DNA of 32,000 nt from Nitrosomonas europaea (lineage in GTDB: Bacteria; Pseudomonadota; Gammaproteobacteria; Burkholderiales; Nitrosomonadaceae): contig NZ_FUWK01000009.1 in the NCBI RefSeq assembly GCF_900167395.1, positions 30,001-62,000 on the forward strand, in the 5' to 3' direction. The position numbers and the translations under genes are program-made. Below, piece after piece: positions 18,330-27,486 of this stretch (the first letter of the stretch is position 1; every line of letters starts with the position of its first letter). The notes beneath the pieces are model-generated. The model ran no database searches. It was given only the letters and a program-made list of their open reading frames with translations, and was not told the origin of the DNA.

Positions 18330-18470
18330 GTGGCAGGAGTAAAATGGGTTGAAGAGTGGTGCCCGCAGTGACTGCAGGACACCGTTCAAAAAATTATTCC
18401 TGTCATATAAACCGGTCCTTCCATGCCAATGACAAGCTGGCACAGGTTGTTCTGGCGTGACAGAAAAATC

Positions 18471-18545
18471 TGGTAGGCGGTACTGGAATCGAACCAATGA
18501 CTTCCACCGTGTGAAGGTGACACTCTACCGCTGAGTTAACCGCCT
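18471..18545 (-). tRNA. tRNA-Val (anticodon CAC), CCA encoded
   Basis: Reverse complement is AGGCGGT-TA-ACTC-AGCGGTA-GAGT-G-TCACC-TTCACAC-GGTGG-AAGTC-ATTGG-TTCGATT-CCAGT-ACCGCCT-A-CCA. All four stems pair, and the anticodon loop is TT-CAC-AC. Confidence 0.93.
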
Positions 18546-18568
18546 CTTTGTTGCCTCTTAACGACAGG

Positions 18569-18598
18569 ATTAGACCATAGCCTGTTTATGCCGGTCAA
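18569..18598 (-). promoter_or_regulatory. candidate sigma-70 promoter for tRNA-Val
   Basis: On the minus strand: TTGACC (18598-18593), an 18-nt spacer, then TCTAAT (18574-18569). The -10 element ends 23 nt upstream of the tRNA 5' end. Pattern match only. Confidence 0.35.
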
Positions 18599-18741
18599 TT
18601 ATTATCGTTCTCCTGAATTCCTGCAAAATAATTGTTTCTGCCCCTAAGGCAAACTCGGCCAATCTGCTATACAATTTCAACCATTGCAATATCAGCCCGC
18701 GGCAACAGGCTCCACTCTTAATATCCGGCAAGATTTACCCT

Positions 18742-20127
18742 ATGTTCATCAGCGTACTCGATCTGTTCAAAATTGGTATTGGCCCTTCCAGTTCTCACAC
18801 CATGGGGCCAATGACGGCAGCAAATGTTTTCCGTGATCATGTCGATCAGTTGGTCTCGCAGACTCCAGACGATCTCAACTATCGTGTCTATTGTGTGCTC
18901 AAGGGTTCGCTTGCCTTTACCGGCAGAGGGCATGCAACGGACAGGGCAGTGGCTTTGGGATTGCACGGCCATAGCCCCGTCTCGCTTGCCGGAGAGGATG
19001 TCAATGCACTGACGGCAAAACTCTGGGCCACCGATACGTTGCAACTTACCAGCGGGAGAGAGATTGGTTTCAACCCTGAGGATGATATCGTTTTTGATAA
19101 ATCGGACCCATTGCCGCAACACCCCAATGGCATGATTTTTTATCTGCTGGATGAAGAGGGGAAAAAAATTCTGTCAGAAACCTTTTTTTCCATCGGGGGC
19201 GGGTTCATCTGCACCCTGGCAGAAATCAACCAGCTGAATGCTCCGCTCAAAATGGAATCTGCCGGGTTGTATCCCTATCCGTTCGATTCTGCGATCGGCA
19301 TGCTAGAAATGTCTCAGCAGAGCGGCTTATCCATCGCCGAAATGAAGCGTGCCAATGAGTTGACCAGAATGTCGGCGCAGGAGCTTGAACAAGGGTTGGA
19401 TAGTATCTGGAAAGCCATGTGTCACTGTGTCGAGCAGGGATTGACGGCAGAAGGCCGTCTCCCGGGCGGGTTGAGTATACGCAGACGTGCAAAAGATTTG
19501 TACGAACAACTGCAGATGCATCCGGAAAAGGCCACACTGAACGATTGGTTATGTGCTTACGCTATGGCAGTCAATGAAGAAAATGCTGCAGGGCACATGG
19601 TCGTTACAGCACCCACCAACGGTGCTGCCGGGGTTATTCCGGCAGTCATTTACTATCTGCTCAAACATGAAGGCGGTACTGAACAGCAGGTACGGGATCT
19701 CCTGCTGACAGCTGCGGCCATTGGCGGGCTGATCAAGCACCTCAGCTCTATTTCCGGTGCCGAAGTAGGTTGCCAGGGAGAAGTAGGTTCAGCAGCAGCC
19801 ATGGCTGCGGCCGGTCTCTGTGCGGTACGAGGAGGTACTACCGAGCAGGTCGAAAATGCCGCTGAAATTGCGCTGGAACATCACCTGGGTATGACCTGTG
19901 ACCCGGTCGGTGGGCTGGTTCAGGTGCCTTGCATCGAACGCAATGGCTTTGGCGCAATCAAGGCACACACTGCCGCTGCGCTTGCCTGTCGCGGTACTGG
20001 CGAGCATTTCATCCCCCTTGATAACTGTATCAATGCAATGAAGCAGACTGGCCTGGAGATGTCGCACAAATACAAGGAAACTTCACTGGGCGGCCTGGCT
20101 GTCAGTGTCAGTATCACTGAATGTTGA
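18742..20127 (+). CDS. sdaA: L-serine ammonia-lyase (L-serine dehydratase, iron-sulfur type, single chain, 461 aa)
   Basis: The N-terminus [24 protein letters not shown] is nearly identical in pattern to E. coli SdaA. Both beta- and alpha-type domains are present, and the C-terminus contains the Cys-containing CIERNG region. Confidence 0.93.
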   Translation: MFISVLDLFKIGIGPSSSHTMGPMTAANVFRDHVDQLVSQTPDDLNYRVYCVLKGSLAFTGRGHATDRAVALGLHGHSPVSLAGEDVNALTAKLWATDTLQLTSGREIGFNPEDDIVFDKSDPLPQHPNGMIFYLLDEEGKKILSETFFSIGGGFICTLAEINQLNAPLKMESAGLYPYPFDSAIGMLEMSQQSGLSIAEMKRANELTRMSAQELEQGLDSIWKAMCHCVEQGLTAEGRLPGGLSIRRRAKDLYEQLQMHPEKATLNDWLCAYAMAVNEENAAGHMVVTAPTNGAAGVIPAVIYYLLKHEGGTEQQVRDLLLTAAAIGGLIKHLSSISGAEVGCQGEVGSAAAMAAAGLCAVRGGTTEQVENAAEIALEHHLGMTCDPVGGLVQVPCIERNGFGAIKAHTAAALACRGTGEHFIPLDNCINAMKQTGLEMSHKYKETSLGGLAVSVSITEC

Positions 20128-20463
20128 GAGCGTTATTTCCTGAAATTCTCGTTGTGAGGGGGCGATAGCCCGGAGAGTCGCATTATTCAAAGTAAGCCTT
20201 CTGCTGCATGGCTGCACGACAGAAAATGCGTGCCTGATCGTCATAGGCGATACGCCCGCATCGCATACAGTACAAATATGAACATCTCCAGAGTAATACT
20301 GATTCCACGACTGTGGCGGTTTCCTGCCATTGTCCCGTGCGCCTGATCATTACATTGAGTTGCTGATTATCAGATAGTGATACGGGTCTTCTCCCGCTGA
20401 TCGCTGTCTTACGTGAAAAGACCTGTGTTTTTAATGATCGAATACAGGATTTTCAGATTCCCC

Positions 20464-21378
20464 ATGTACCCCTTACTTGCAAGATTCTTCTCATCGCACC
20501 AGCAGGCGCTGGGTGTTCTGTTTGCCTTGCTGTCGGCGATTGGTTTTTCCGCCAAGGCGATTTTCATCAAACTGGCCTATGTCGAGCCTGTGGATGCCGT
20601 AACTTTGCTGGCCTTGCGCATGGTGTTTTCCGTGCCATTTTTCGTATTTGCCATGCTGCACGGACGGGCGCAGGCCACACCCATGGCCCGGCACGACTGG
20701 CTCGCTGTCCTGCTGCTGGGGCTGGTGGGTTACTATCTGGCAAGTTTTCTTGATTTTCTCGGTCTGCAATACATCAGCGCGGGGCTGGAGCGCATGATTC
20801 TGTTTCTGTATCCCACCATGGTGGTGCTTATCAGTGCGCTGGTATTTCGCGCGGCTATCGGGCGCAGGGTCTGGTTCGCCTTGCTGCTCAGTTATGTTGG
20901 TATCGGGCTGGTGTTCGTGCATGATTTCCACATCACATCGGATGGTCTGTTCATGGGGAGTAGCCTCGTTTTTGCCAGCGCACTGGCTTATGCCATCTAC
21001 TTGATTGGTGCCGGACACACCATCGCCCGTATCGGCTCCATGCGCTTTACCGCTTATGCCATGACCGTCGCCTGTCTGGCCTGCATCGCCCAATTCCTGC
21101 TCACTCATCCGCTGGATGACTTGCAGCAATCCACCCGTGTCTATGGCCTCAGCATTGGTATGGCGCTGTTCTCCACCGTGATGCCTGCCTTTGCCCTTGC
21201 CGCTGCTATGCGACGAATCGGCTCCATGCAAACCTCCATGATAGGTGCACTGGGGCCGGTGGCGACCATTTACCTGGCTTACGTGTTTCTCGCGGAACAA
21301 CTGTCGCTGACACAGCTGGCAGGCTCGGGGCTGGTGTTGATTGGTGTGATGATGATCAGTATGCGGAAGATGGAATAA
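20464..21378 (+). CDS. DMT-superfamily transporter, EamA family (about 304 aa)
   Basis: About ten hydrophobic helices arranged as two EamA-like halves. The track ORF starts at a GTG at 20413; the ATG at 20464 (MYPLLARFF...) is a more conservative start. Neither has a good SD. Confidence 0.8.
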   Translation: MYPLLARFFSSHQQALGVLFALLSAIGFSAKAIFIKLAYVEPVDAVTLLALRMVFSVPFFVFAMLHGRAQATPMARHDWLAVLLLGLVGYYLASFLDFLGLQYISAGLERMILFLYPTMVVLISALVFRAAIGRRVWFALLLSYVGIGLVFVHDFHITSDGLFMGSSLVFASALAYAIYLIGAGHTIARIGSMRFTAYAMTVACLACIAQFLLTHPLDDLQQSTRVYGLSIGMALFSTVMPAFALAAAMRRIGSMQTSMIGALGPVATIYLAYVFLAEQLSLTQLAGSGLVLIGVMMISMRKME

Positions 21379-21509
21379 TGGAGTGGCTCTGGGAAACCTG
21401 AACTTGAGCAGAGTGTACACTTAGTAATGATGGCATCCAGGTTATAGAAGCCCATTGCCCGTAAACCATTCACTGATGGTGTGCCTACCTACCTCGAACA
21501 ACTTGGTCA

Positions 21510-24500
21510 TCACTTCGACCATGAATTCGACAACACTTCCGCTTGCTGTAGCACCAATTCCACTGCCTCCAGCTGCTTGTCGGGCGGGTACTTCCATTTC
21601 TGCAAGGTGCGCCGCACCAGAATCCGCAGCTTGGCGCGAACACTCTCACGCACCTGCCAATCCACCGTGGTGCTGTTGCGCAGTTTTTCGGTAATCTCGA
21701 CGGCGATTTTCTTGAGGGTGTCGTCTCCCAGCTCCCGCACGGCGCTTTCGTTGTTGGCCAGTGCATCATAGAAAGCAATTTCATCGGGATTCAGCCCCAG
21801 CGCGGCTTCGCGTTCAAGCGCCGCCTGGAAGTCCTTCGCCATCTGGATCAGTTCCTCGATGATCTGCGCCGTCTCCACCGCCCGGTTGTGGTATTTGCGC
21901 AGGGTTTCCAGCAGGCGGTCGCCGTACTTCTTCTCCTGCACCACGTTGTTGCGTGCGCGCGCCTTGATTTCGTCGCTCAGCAGTTTTTCCAGAAGCTCTA
22001 CCGCCAGGTTGCGGTTCTTCATCTGTCGCACATCTTCCAGGAATTCTTCCGACAACAGCCCGATGTTGGGCTTGTCCAGACCCGCCAGCGCGAAGATATC
22101 CGCCACCCCGTCAGCGACGATGGCGTTGTCCAGAATCTGCTTGAGCGCGCTGTTCTTATCTGCGTCGGAACGCTTGCGGTCCACCGTGGTGAACTTGACG
22201 ATGGCGGCCTTGACGGCGGCGAAGAAGGCAATCTCCGTACGCAAGGCAGCAGTTTCATCCAACGTGCTGCACAGGGAAAATGCCTTGCTCACGGCCAGCA
22301 TGGCATCGAGGAAGCGCTGCTTGCCGTCCTTCAGCCCCAGGATATGGTTGGCTACCGGCACCAGCAGCTTCATTGCATCGGTCTCGAACCCGCGGTAGTC
22401 GAAGCCGTGCATCAGCCCACGCACGATGTCCAGCTTCTCCAGCAGGACTGCCAGAGCTTCGGCCGCGTTGTGCGTCGGGTCGCCCTTGCCCTTGGATTCG
22501 GTGTAGGTCTTGAGCGCCGCCTTCAGCTCGTTGGCGATGCCGATGTAATCCACCACCAGCCCGCCGGGCTTGTTGCGGAATACCCGGTTGACGCGGGCAA
22601 TAGCTTGCATCAGGTTGTGGCCCTTCATGGGCTTGTCCACATACATCGTGTGGCAGCAGGGCGCGTCGAAGCCGGTCAGCCACATATCGCGCACGATCAC
22701 CAGCTTCAACGGGTCCGCCGGGTCCTTGAAGCGCTTTTCCAGGAGTTTTTTGACCTGCTGGCTGTACAGGTGAGGCTGCAGCAAGGGCTTGTCCGCTGCC
22801 GAGCCGGTCATCACTACCTTGATTGCGCCCTTCTCCGGGTCGGCATCGTGCCAGTCCGGGCGCAGGGCGACGGTGGCGTTGTACAGCTCGGCGCAAATGT
22901 CCCGGCTCATGCACACGATCATCACCTTGCCTTCCAGAGTGGCTGTGCGCGTCTCGAAGTGCTGCACCAGGTCGGCAGCCACCTGTTCCAGACGCGGCTG
23001 CGCGCCGACTAGCTTGGTCAGCGCAGCCCAATCGCTCTTGGTCTTCTCGCGGGCGGTGATGTCTTCCTCGTCCTCGATGACCTCATCTACCTGGGCATTG
23101 AGTGCGTCGATCTCGGCCTGGTTCACGTCCAGCTTGGCTAGGCGGCTTTCGTAGAAGATCGGTACCGTGGCGCCATCGTCCACCGCGTCCTGAATGTCGT
23201 AGATGCTGACGTAATCGCCGAACACCGCCCGCGTGTCTTTGTCTTCCAGGGCGATGGGGGTGCCGGTGAAGCCGATGAAGGTGGCGTTGGCCAGCGCGTC
23301 GCGCATGTGCTTGGCGTAGCCAAATACGTACTTGCCGGTCTTGGTATCCAGTCGCCCTTTCATGCCGTACTGGCTGCGGTGCGCCTCGTCGGAAATCACC
23401 ACGATATTGCTGCGATCCGACAGCAGCGGGTGCTGTTCTTCGTCGTCCAGCAAGGCGAACTTCTGCACCGTGGTGAAGATGATGCCGCCCGCCTCACGCG
23501 AAGCCAGTATTTCGCGCAGCTCCTCGCGGCTGCCGGCCTGCACTGGCGTTTGACGGAGCAAGTCTTCGGCGGCGCAAAAGGTGGCGAACAACTGCCCGTC
23601 CAGATCGTTGCGATCGGTCACCACCACCAGGGTGGGGTTCTTCATCTCCGGCTGCTGCAACAGCTTGCCCGCGTAGCAGGCCATAGTGATGCTCTTGCCC
23701 GAGCCTTGCGTATGCCACACCACGCCAGCCTTGCGGCTGCCGGGCTGCACTTCCTTACCATAGGTGGCGCGCGGCTCCTGCACTTCCAACAAACCTTTGT
23801 TCGGGTTGCTGGCGGCGATCACCGTGGCTTTCACCGCCTCGCGCACCGCATGGAACTGGTGATAGCCCGCGATCTTCTTGATGATCTGATCGGCATCCTG
23901 CTCGAACAGAACGAAGTGGCGCACATAGTCGAGAAACAGCGCCGGCTCGAAGAAGCCACGCACCAGCGTTTCCAGCTCGAATTCCAGCAGCGGCCGGTCG
24001 TCCTCGTTGGCAATCGCCCGCCAGGGCTGCATGCGCTCCTGATTGGCCGTGAGCGAACCCAACCGCGCCGTGAAGCCATCGCTGACCACCACCGCCACGT
24101 TGGTGTTGAACAGGTCGCCAATCTCTTCCTTGTAGGTCTGTATCTGGTTCAAGGCATCCCAGATGTCGGTCTGCTCGTTGGCCGGGTTCTTCAGCTCGAT
24201 CACCACCAGCGGCAGGCCGTTGACGAAGGCCACCAGATCGGGGCGGCGCGGCTGGCGGGTAGCCCGGACGGTGAACTGGCTGACCAGCAGGAAGTCGTTG
24301 TTGCGCGGGTTGGCAAAGTCGATCAGGTTGACCAGATCGCTGCGCTTTTCATCACCCACGGAAAACTCTACGGGGATACCGGACAGCAGCAGCCGATGCA
24401 CACGGCGATTGCGGGCAATCAACAACGGCTCGCCCACCGTCAACAACTCGTGCGCGGCCTGCTCCAGCGCGGCGGCGGGGATGTGCGGGTTGATGCGTGC

Positions 24501-24659
24501 CAGTGCGGCCAGCAGGTGTTCTCGCAGCACCACTTGGCGGTAGTCGGTGCGGGCGGGCTGGTCGCCATCGGGGGCGATCTCCGGGCCGTTGGCATGCGGC
24601 CAGCCCAGCTCGGCAAACCAGCCAACGGCTGTATCTTCCAGTTTTTGTTCGGTGATCAT
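21510..24659 (-). CDS. hsdR: type I restriction endonuclease subunit R (HsdR, 1049 aa)
   Basis: SF2 helicase motifs are present: Walker A (HTQGSGKSITM), DEAH box (VISDEAHRSQYG) and motif VI-like (QAIARVNRV). It also has an N-terminal nuclease-type region and a C-terminal helical domain. Its ATG overlaps the stop of the upstream gene (ATGA at 24656-24659). Confidence 0.95.
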   Translation of the reverse strand: MITEQKLEDTAVGWFAELGWPHANGPEIAPDGDQPARTDYRQVVLREHLLAALARINPHIPAAALEQAAHELLTVGEPLLIARNRRVHRLLLSGIPVEFSVGDEKRSDLVNLIDFANPRNNDFLLVSQFTVRATRQPRRPDLVAFVNGLPLVVIELKNPANEQTDIWDALNQIQTYKEEIGDLFNTNVAVVVSDGFTARLGSLTANQERMQPWRAIANEDDRPLLEFELETLVRGFFEPALFLDYVRHFVLFEQDADQIIKKIAGYHQFHAVREAVKATVIAASNPNKGLLEVQEPRATYGKEVQPGSRKAGVVWHTQGSGKSITMACYAGKLLQQPEMKNPTLVVVTDRNDLDGQLFATFCAAEDLLRQTPVQAGSREELREILASREAGGIIFTTVQKFALLDDEEQHPLLSDRSNIVVISDEAHRSQYGMKGRLDTKTGKYVFGYAKHMRDALANATFIGFTGTPIALEDKDTRAVFGDYVSIYDIQDAVDDGATVPIFYESRLAKLDVNQAEIDALNAQVDEVIEDEEDITAREKTKSDWAALTKLVGAQPRLEQVAADLVQHFETRTATLEGKVMIVCMSRDICAELYNATVALRPDWHDADPEKGAIKVVMTGSAADKPLLQPHLYSQQVKKLLEKRFKDPADPLKLVIVRDMWLTGFDAPCCHTMYVDKPMKGHNLMQAIARVNRVFRNKPGGLVVDYIGIANELKAALKTYTESKGKGDPTHNAAEALAVLLEKLDIVRGLMHGFDYRGFETDAMKLLVPVANHILGLKDGKQRFLDAMLAVSKAFSLCSTLDETAALRTEIAFFAAVKAAIVKFTTVDRKRSDADKNSALKQILDNAIVADGVADIFALAGLDKPNIGLLSEEFLEDVRQMKNRNLAVELLEKLLSDEIKARARNNVVQEKKYGDRLLETLRKYHNRAVETAQIIEELIQMAKDFQAALEREAALGLNPDEIAFYDALANNESAVRELGDDTLKKIAVEITEKLRNSTTVDWQVRESVRAKLRILVRRTLQKWKYPPDKQLEAVELVLQQAEVLSNSWSK

Positions 24660-26149
24660 TCCCCCACCTCCCAGTGACCGCCCTTGTTGGGGCCGATGCG
24701 GCGCAAGCGTTTTTGCGCCTTGAGTTTGGCCAGCTGCTTTTCAATCGCTCGGGGCGTGAGTTGCAGACGCCGGGCCAGTGCCGAGGCGGTCAGCGAAGGC
24801 TCTTCGCGCAGCAGATGAAGGATCTTTTTGCCCGTTTCTTCCGAACTTTCTTCCGAACTTTCTTCCGAACTTTCGGAAGCCAAAGTCGCCCCCCGCCCCT
24901 TCGCCCAGAACATCTCCAGCACCGAATGCTCGTGCGGCTCATAGGATTCGCGCAGATGCAATTCGTGGCCCAGGTCACGCCAGCCATGCACGATGCGGGA
25001 CATGCCCGAACCCGCACGCTCGCCCAGGCCAATCATCAGGAACATTTGCTGCATGGTGCGGTTGCGGCAGTCGCTCATGCCGCCTTGCAACGCCTGCTGC
25101 GCAGGCACCCGCAAGCCGCCGGGGTTGCGCAGCACAAAGCCCGCGGGCTCCTTGACCACCAGCACGGAGATGCGGCCCGTGTAGTCCGCATGCACCAGCG
25201 TGTTCACCAACGCCTCGCGCAGCGCCTTGTGCGTGGGCGTATCGTCCTGGCGAATATCGCCCTTGAGCACGAACGGCACCTTGATGTCGGCCGTCAGCTT
25301 GCCCACGACGCGGCGGTAGAAGTCGAACACATTGCCTGACCACGTGCCGTCGGGCACGATGCGATCCAGCCATTGCACCGTCGTGGCATAGTCTGCCGGG
25401 CGCTCCTGATAGTCCAGAAAGCACAGCGGCACGGCCTCGGTGATCGACGACCACTGCCCGAACATCAGCAGGCCCGCCAGCGTCAGCCCGGCTTCGCCTG
25501 TCTCGCGGTGTTGCCGCCAGCCACCGATCTGCCGCAAGAACGCCTGATCTGCCAGCGCATTCCACGGGTGGGAGGGGTCGCGATTGGCAAACAGTTGACG
25601 GTACGCGCGCAGGCTTTCCAGGTGCAGGTCATCCAGGCCGTAGCCGGGCAGGATGCGCTCATCCCGGCTGTCTTCCACCTGCTCGGCCAGCATGCGTTTG
25701 ACGTCTTCGTCCGGCAAGGGCCGGTCACCCTCATGCAGACGGCGGTAGGTATGGCCGCCCAACGGATTGCCCCTCAGGTACACGGGCCGCTGCTGACGCC
25801 GCGCTCGCGGAATCTCCACCACCAGCAGCGTCTTGCCCTCTACCGGCCAGGCCCGCACATCCTCATCCCGCAGCAGATTGACGCTGACCTTCTGGCGGTT
25901 GTTCAGGTGGTTGAACAACTCGGTGCGCAGCTTGTCCGGGTTTTCAATGCCCGCCACTTCGAACTGCCCCTTGCGCTCACGCACGCCCAGAATCACGATG
26001 CCGCCATCGGTATTGGCCATCGCGCTGTAGGTGGGCCAGAAATCATCCGGCAACGCACCCTTGCCATCCCGGCCCTGGGCGAGCTTGCACTCCAGCGAGA
26101 CGGATTCACGCAGCAGGGAAAGATCGTCCAGCGCGGTAAATTCGATCAT
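24656..26149 (-). CDS. AlbA_2 (Schlafen-like) / HATPase_c_4 / winged-helix protein of the COG2865 type, embedded in the R-M operon; function unknown (497 aa)
   Basis: The N-terminus reads as an AlbA_2 signature (ESVSLECK...FWPTYSAMANTDGGIVILGVRERKGQFEVAGI). The middle and C-terminal region reads as an HATPase_c_4 / RecG-C-terminal-like module (REALVNTLVHADYTGRISVLVV...LRNPGGL...CRNRTMQQMFLMIGLGERAGSGMSRI). This is followed by a SEES-repeat linker and a C-terminal wHTH (ILHLLREEPSLTASALARRLQLTPRAIEKQLAKLKAQKRLRRIG). Both ends have ATGA start/stop overlaps, with hsdS and with hsdR. Confidence 0.85.
   Translation of the reverse strand: MIEFTALDDLSLLRESVSLECKLAQGRDGKGALPDDFWPTYSAMANTDGGIVILGVRERKGQFEVAGIENPDKLRTELFNHLNNRQKVSVNLLRDEDVRAWPVEGKTLLVVEIPRARRQQRPVYLRGNPLGGHTYRRLHEGDRPLPDEDVKRMLAEQVEDSRDERILPGYGLDDLHLESLRAYRQLFANRDPSHPWNALADQAFLRQIGGWRQHRETGEAGLTLAGLLMFGQWSSITEAVPLCFLDYQERPADYATTVQWLDRIVPDGTWSGNVFDFYRRVVGKLTADIKVPFVLKGDIRQDDTPTHKALREALVNTLVHADYTGRISVLVVKEPAGFVLRNPGGLRVPAQQALQGGMSDCRNRTMQQMFLMIGLGERAGSGMSRIVHGWRDLGHELHLRESYEPHEHSVLEMFWAKGRGATLASESSEESSEESSEETGKKILHLLREEPSLTASALARRLQLTPRAIEKQLAKLKAQKRLRRIGPNKGGHWEVGE
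24835..24874. repeat. in-frame 12-bp tandem repeat (tttcttccgaac x3 plus a partial unit) encoding (SSEE)3 in the linker of gene X
   Basis: Three perfect units at 24835-24846, 24847-24858 and 24859-24870, then a partial tttc. The last unit forms an 8-bp inverted repeat with the following sequence (cttccgaa-ct-ttcggaag, 24862-24879). Confidence 0.9.
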
Positions 26150-27486
26150 GCGGTCGCCGCCTCGGCAGAGGTGTTGTCGACGGACAGCTCGCCGGAGAGG
26201 AGTTTTGGGAGGAGGGTGTCGCGGAGTTCGGCCAGCGATTGCCCTGTCGTTTCGTTTGCTTGCATTGTCTTCCTAATCTGCGCAACCAGCCCATCGAAAG
26301 CATTCAAAACCGGCGTGGATGGTTTAACCAACTCCAGTCGGTACACGTTCTCCCGATTCAAGCCGGGAACGGCAGCATCGGTATTCATTTTGTTCAACCC
26401 AAGTGTTTGCATGGCATAGAAGCAGTACGTCATCGGCACAGCTTTTGGTTTGACGTAAAAGGTTGTGTCGATCGGGTAAAACGGATCGTCTTCCCAGTAC
26501 AAACTGCCAACTGTTCCTTTGCGGCCAACAATGATCGCTCCATGCGGTACCAATGCTTCATTGTGGCAGCCGGTGATGCCGCCAGAACCGTAAACAGGAA
26601 CAGCGCCTTCTTGGCGGTCGGTTGATTTGAGAGCTTTGCCGTATGCCAATTCAATCAAATCACCGACGCGCTTTACTTGCCACCCCTTCGGAATCGCCCC
26701 CAACTCCGACTCTTGCATGGTATCGGGGAACAGGGCGGCGGTGGCGGCGAGTTGGTCGTGGTGCTCGCGGGGCATCTGGTCGAGCTCAAGGTCGGTCTTG
26801 CCGCTGATGGCGCGCATGGCGGCGCGCAGCGGGTCTTGGCCTTGTTCGATGGCGGCGATCCTGGCCTTGACCGGGTCGAAATCGACAAACCAGGATTTGA
26901 AGACGGCTTGCGCCATGGCTTCGAGGGTTTGGTTGATGCGGCGATTCGCGCGAATCTTGACATCAAGTGCCTTGATGTTTCGCACGACAACTTGCTGCTC
27001 TTCGATTGAGGGAACGGGAACTTCGATTGTTTTCAGGTATGACGAGGGACGTGCGATTGATGGCACACCAACCTGGTTAGCGTTGGCAAGAAGTTTGTGC
27101 TGCCCTTCAGGACTTTTGAAATAATAGACAACAAACTCCGGAAGAATAATGCTGGTATCACAGCGTAAATAGAACTGCCGCTGCGAGATAACATATCTCT
27201 GATATTTTGAATGATTCGGAATAAACGCCACCTGCCCAATATTTCCAGCATGGGTAAAAATCACATCCCCCCTTTGAACATTGGCATTTTTAAGAGAGTC
27301 AGCGTGTTCTTCCGTAATGAAATTGAACTCACTATCTGTTAGTTCTGCATCACGCAGGTGCTGCCCACTTATTATGGGAATACCCGTATCTGTGAATGTT
27401 TCAACTTTAATTGATGAGCCAAACGGCCCCATTGCAACCTTCAGGGCAATTTCTTCAACTCGTTTGTAGGGCCACTTACCAGCCAT
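26146..27486 (-). CDS. hsdS: type I R-M specificity subunit (HsdS, about 446 aa from the ATG at 27486)
   Basis: Two target-recognition domains are separated by a conserved helical spacer ([21 protein letters not shown]...[18 protein letters not shown]) and followed by a C-terminal conserved helix ([17 protein letters not shown]). The ATG at 27486 overlaps the hsdM stop by 11 nt. The track start at 27534 is a GTG lying inside hsdM. Confidence 0.92.
   Translation of the reverse strand: MAGKWPYKRVEEIALKVAMGPFGSSIKVETFTDTGIPIISGQHLRDAELTDSEFNFITEEHADSLKNANVQRGDVIFTHAGNIGQVAFIPNHSKYQRYVISQRQFYLRCDTSIILPEFVVYYFKSPEGQHKLLANANQVGVPSIARPSSYLKTIEVPVPSIEEQQVVVRNIKALDVKIRANRRINQTLEAMAQAVFKSWFVDFDPVKARIAAIEQGQDPLRAAMRAISGKTDLELDQMPREHHDQLAATAALFPDTMQESELGAIPKGWQVKRVGDLIELAYGKALKSTDRQEGAVPVYGSGGITGCHNEALVPHGAIIVGRKGTVGSLYWEDDPFYPIDTTFYVKPKAVPMTYCFYAMQTLGLNKMNTDAAVPGLNRENVYRLELVKPSTPVLNAFDGLVAQIRKTMQANETTGQSLAELRDTLLPKLLSGELSVDNTSAEAATA

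Noticed and set aside
18438-18452. TGGCAC-N5-GTTC, a sigma-54-like -24/-12 element
   Set aside because: The -12 element is GTTC rather than TTGC. It points on the plus strand into the antisense of tRNA-Val, with no appropriately placed downstream gene.
18330-18497. N-terminal extension of the protease ORF (track start 18497). Similar longest-ORF starts occur at 6142 (czcC), 16098 (prsK, TTG) and 27534 (hsdS, GTG).
   Set aside because: The protease extension would overlap tRNA-Val (18471-18545). In each case an internal ATG gives a proper signal peptide or family-typical N-terminus and avoids a long overlap with the upstream gene.
20491-21420. 309-aa minus-strand ORF opposite the EamA transporter gene
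   Set aside because: Its composition is dominated by H/Q/G/R with no motifs. The plus-strand frame encodes ten clean TM helices, so this is a shadow ORF.
21426-21432. Shared 7-mer aatgatg at both island flanks (21426-21432 and 29200-29206), considered as a possible target-site duplication
   Set aside because: It is too short to be significant. The right-hand copy overlaps the hsdM start region, and no longer repeat or inverted end was found.
24835-24874. Tandem 12-bp repeats considered as a possible CRISPR or other array
   Set aside because: The units are contiguous with no spacers, only 12 bp long, and lie in frame inside a CDS. This is a coding microsatellite, not a CRISPR array.
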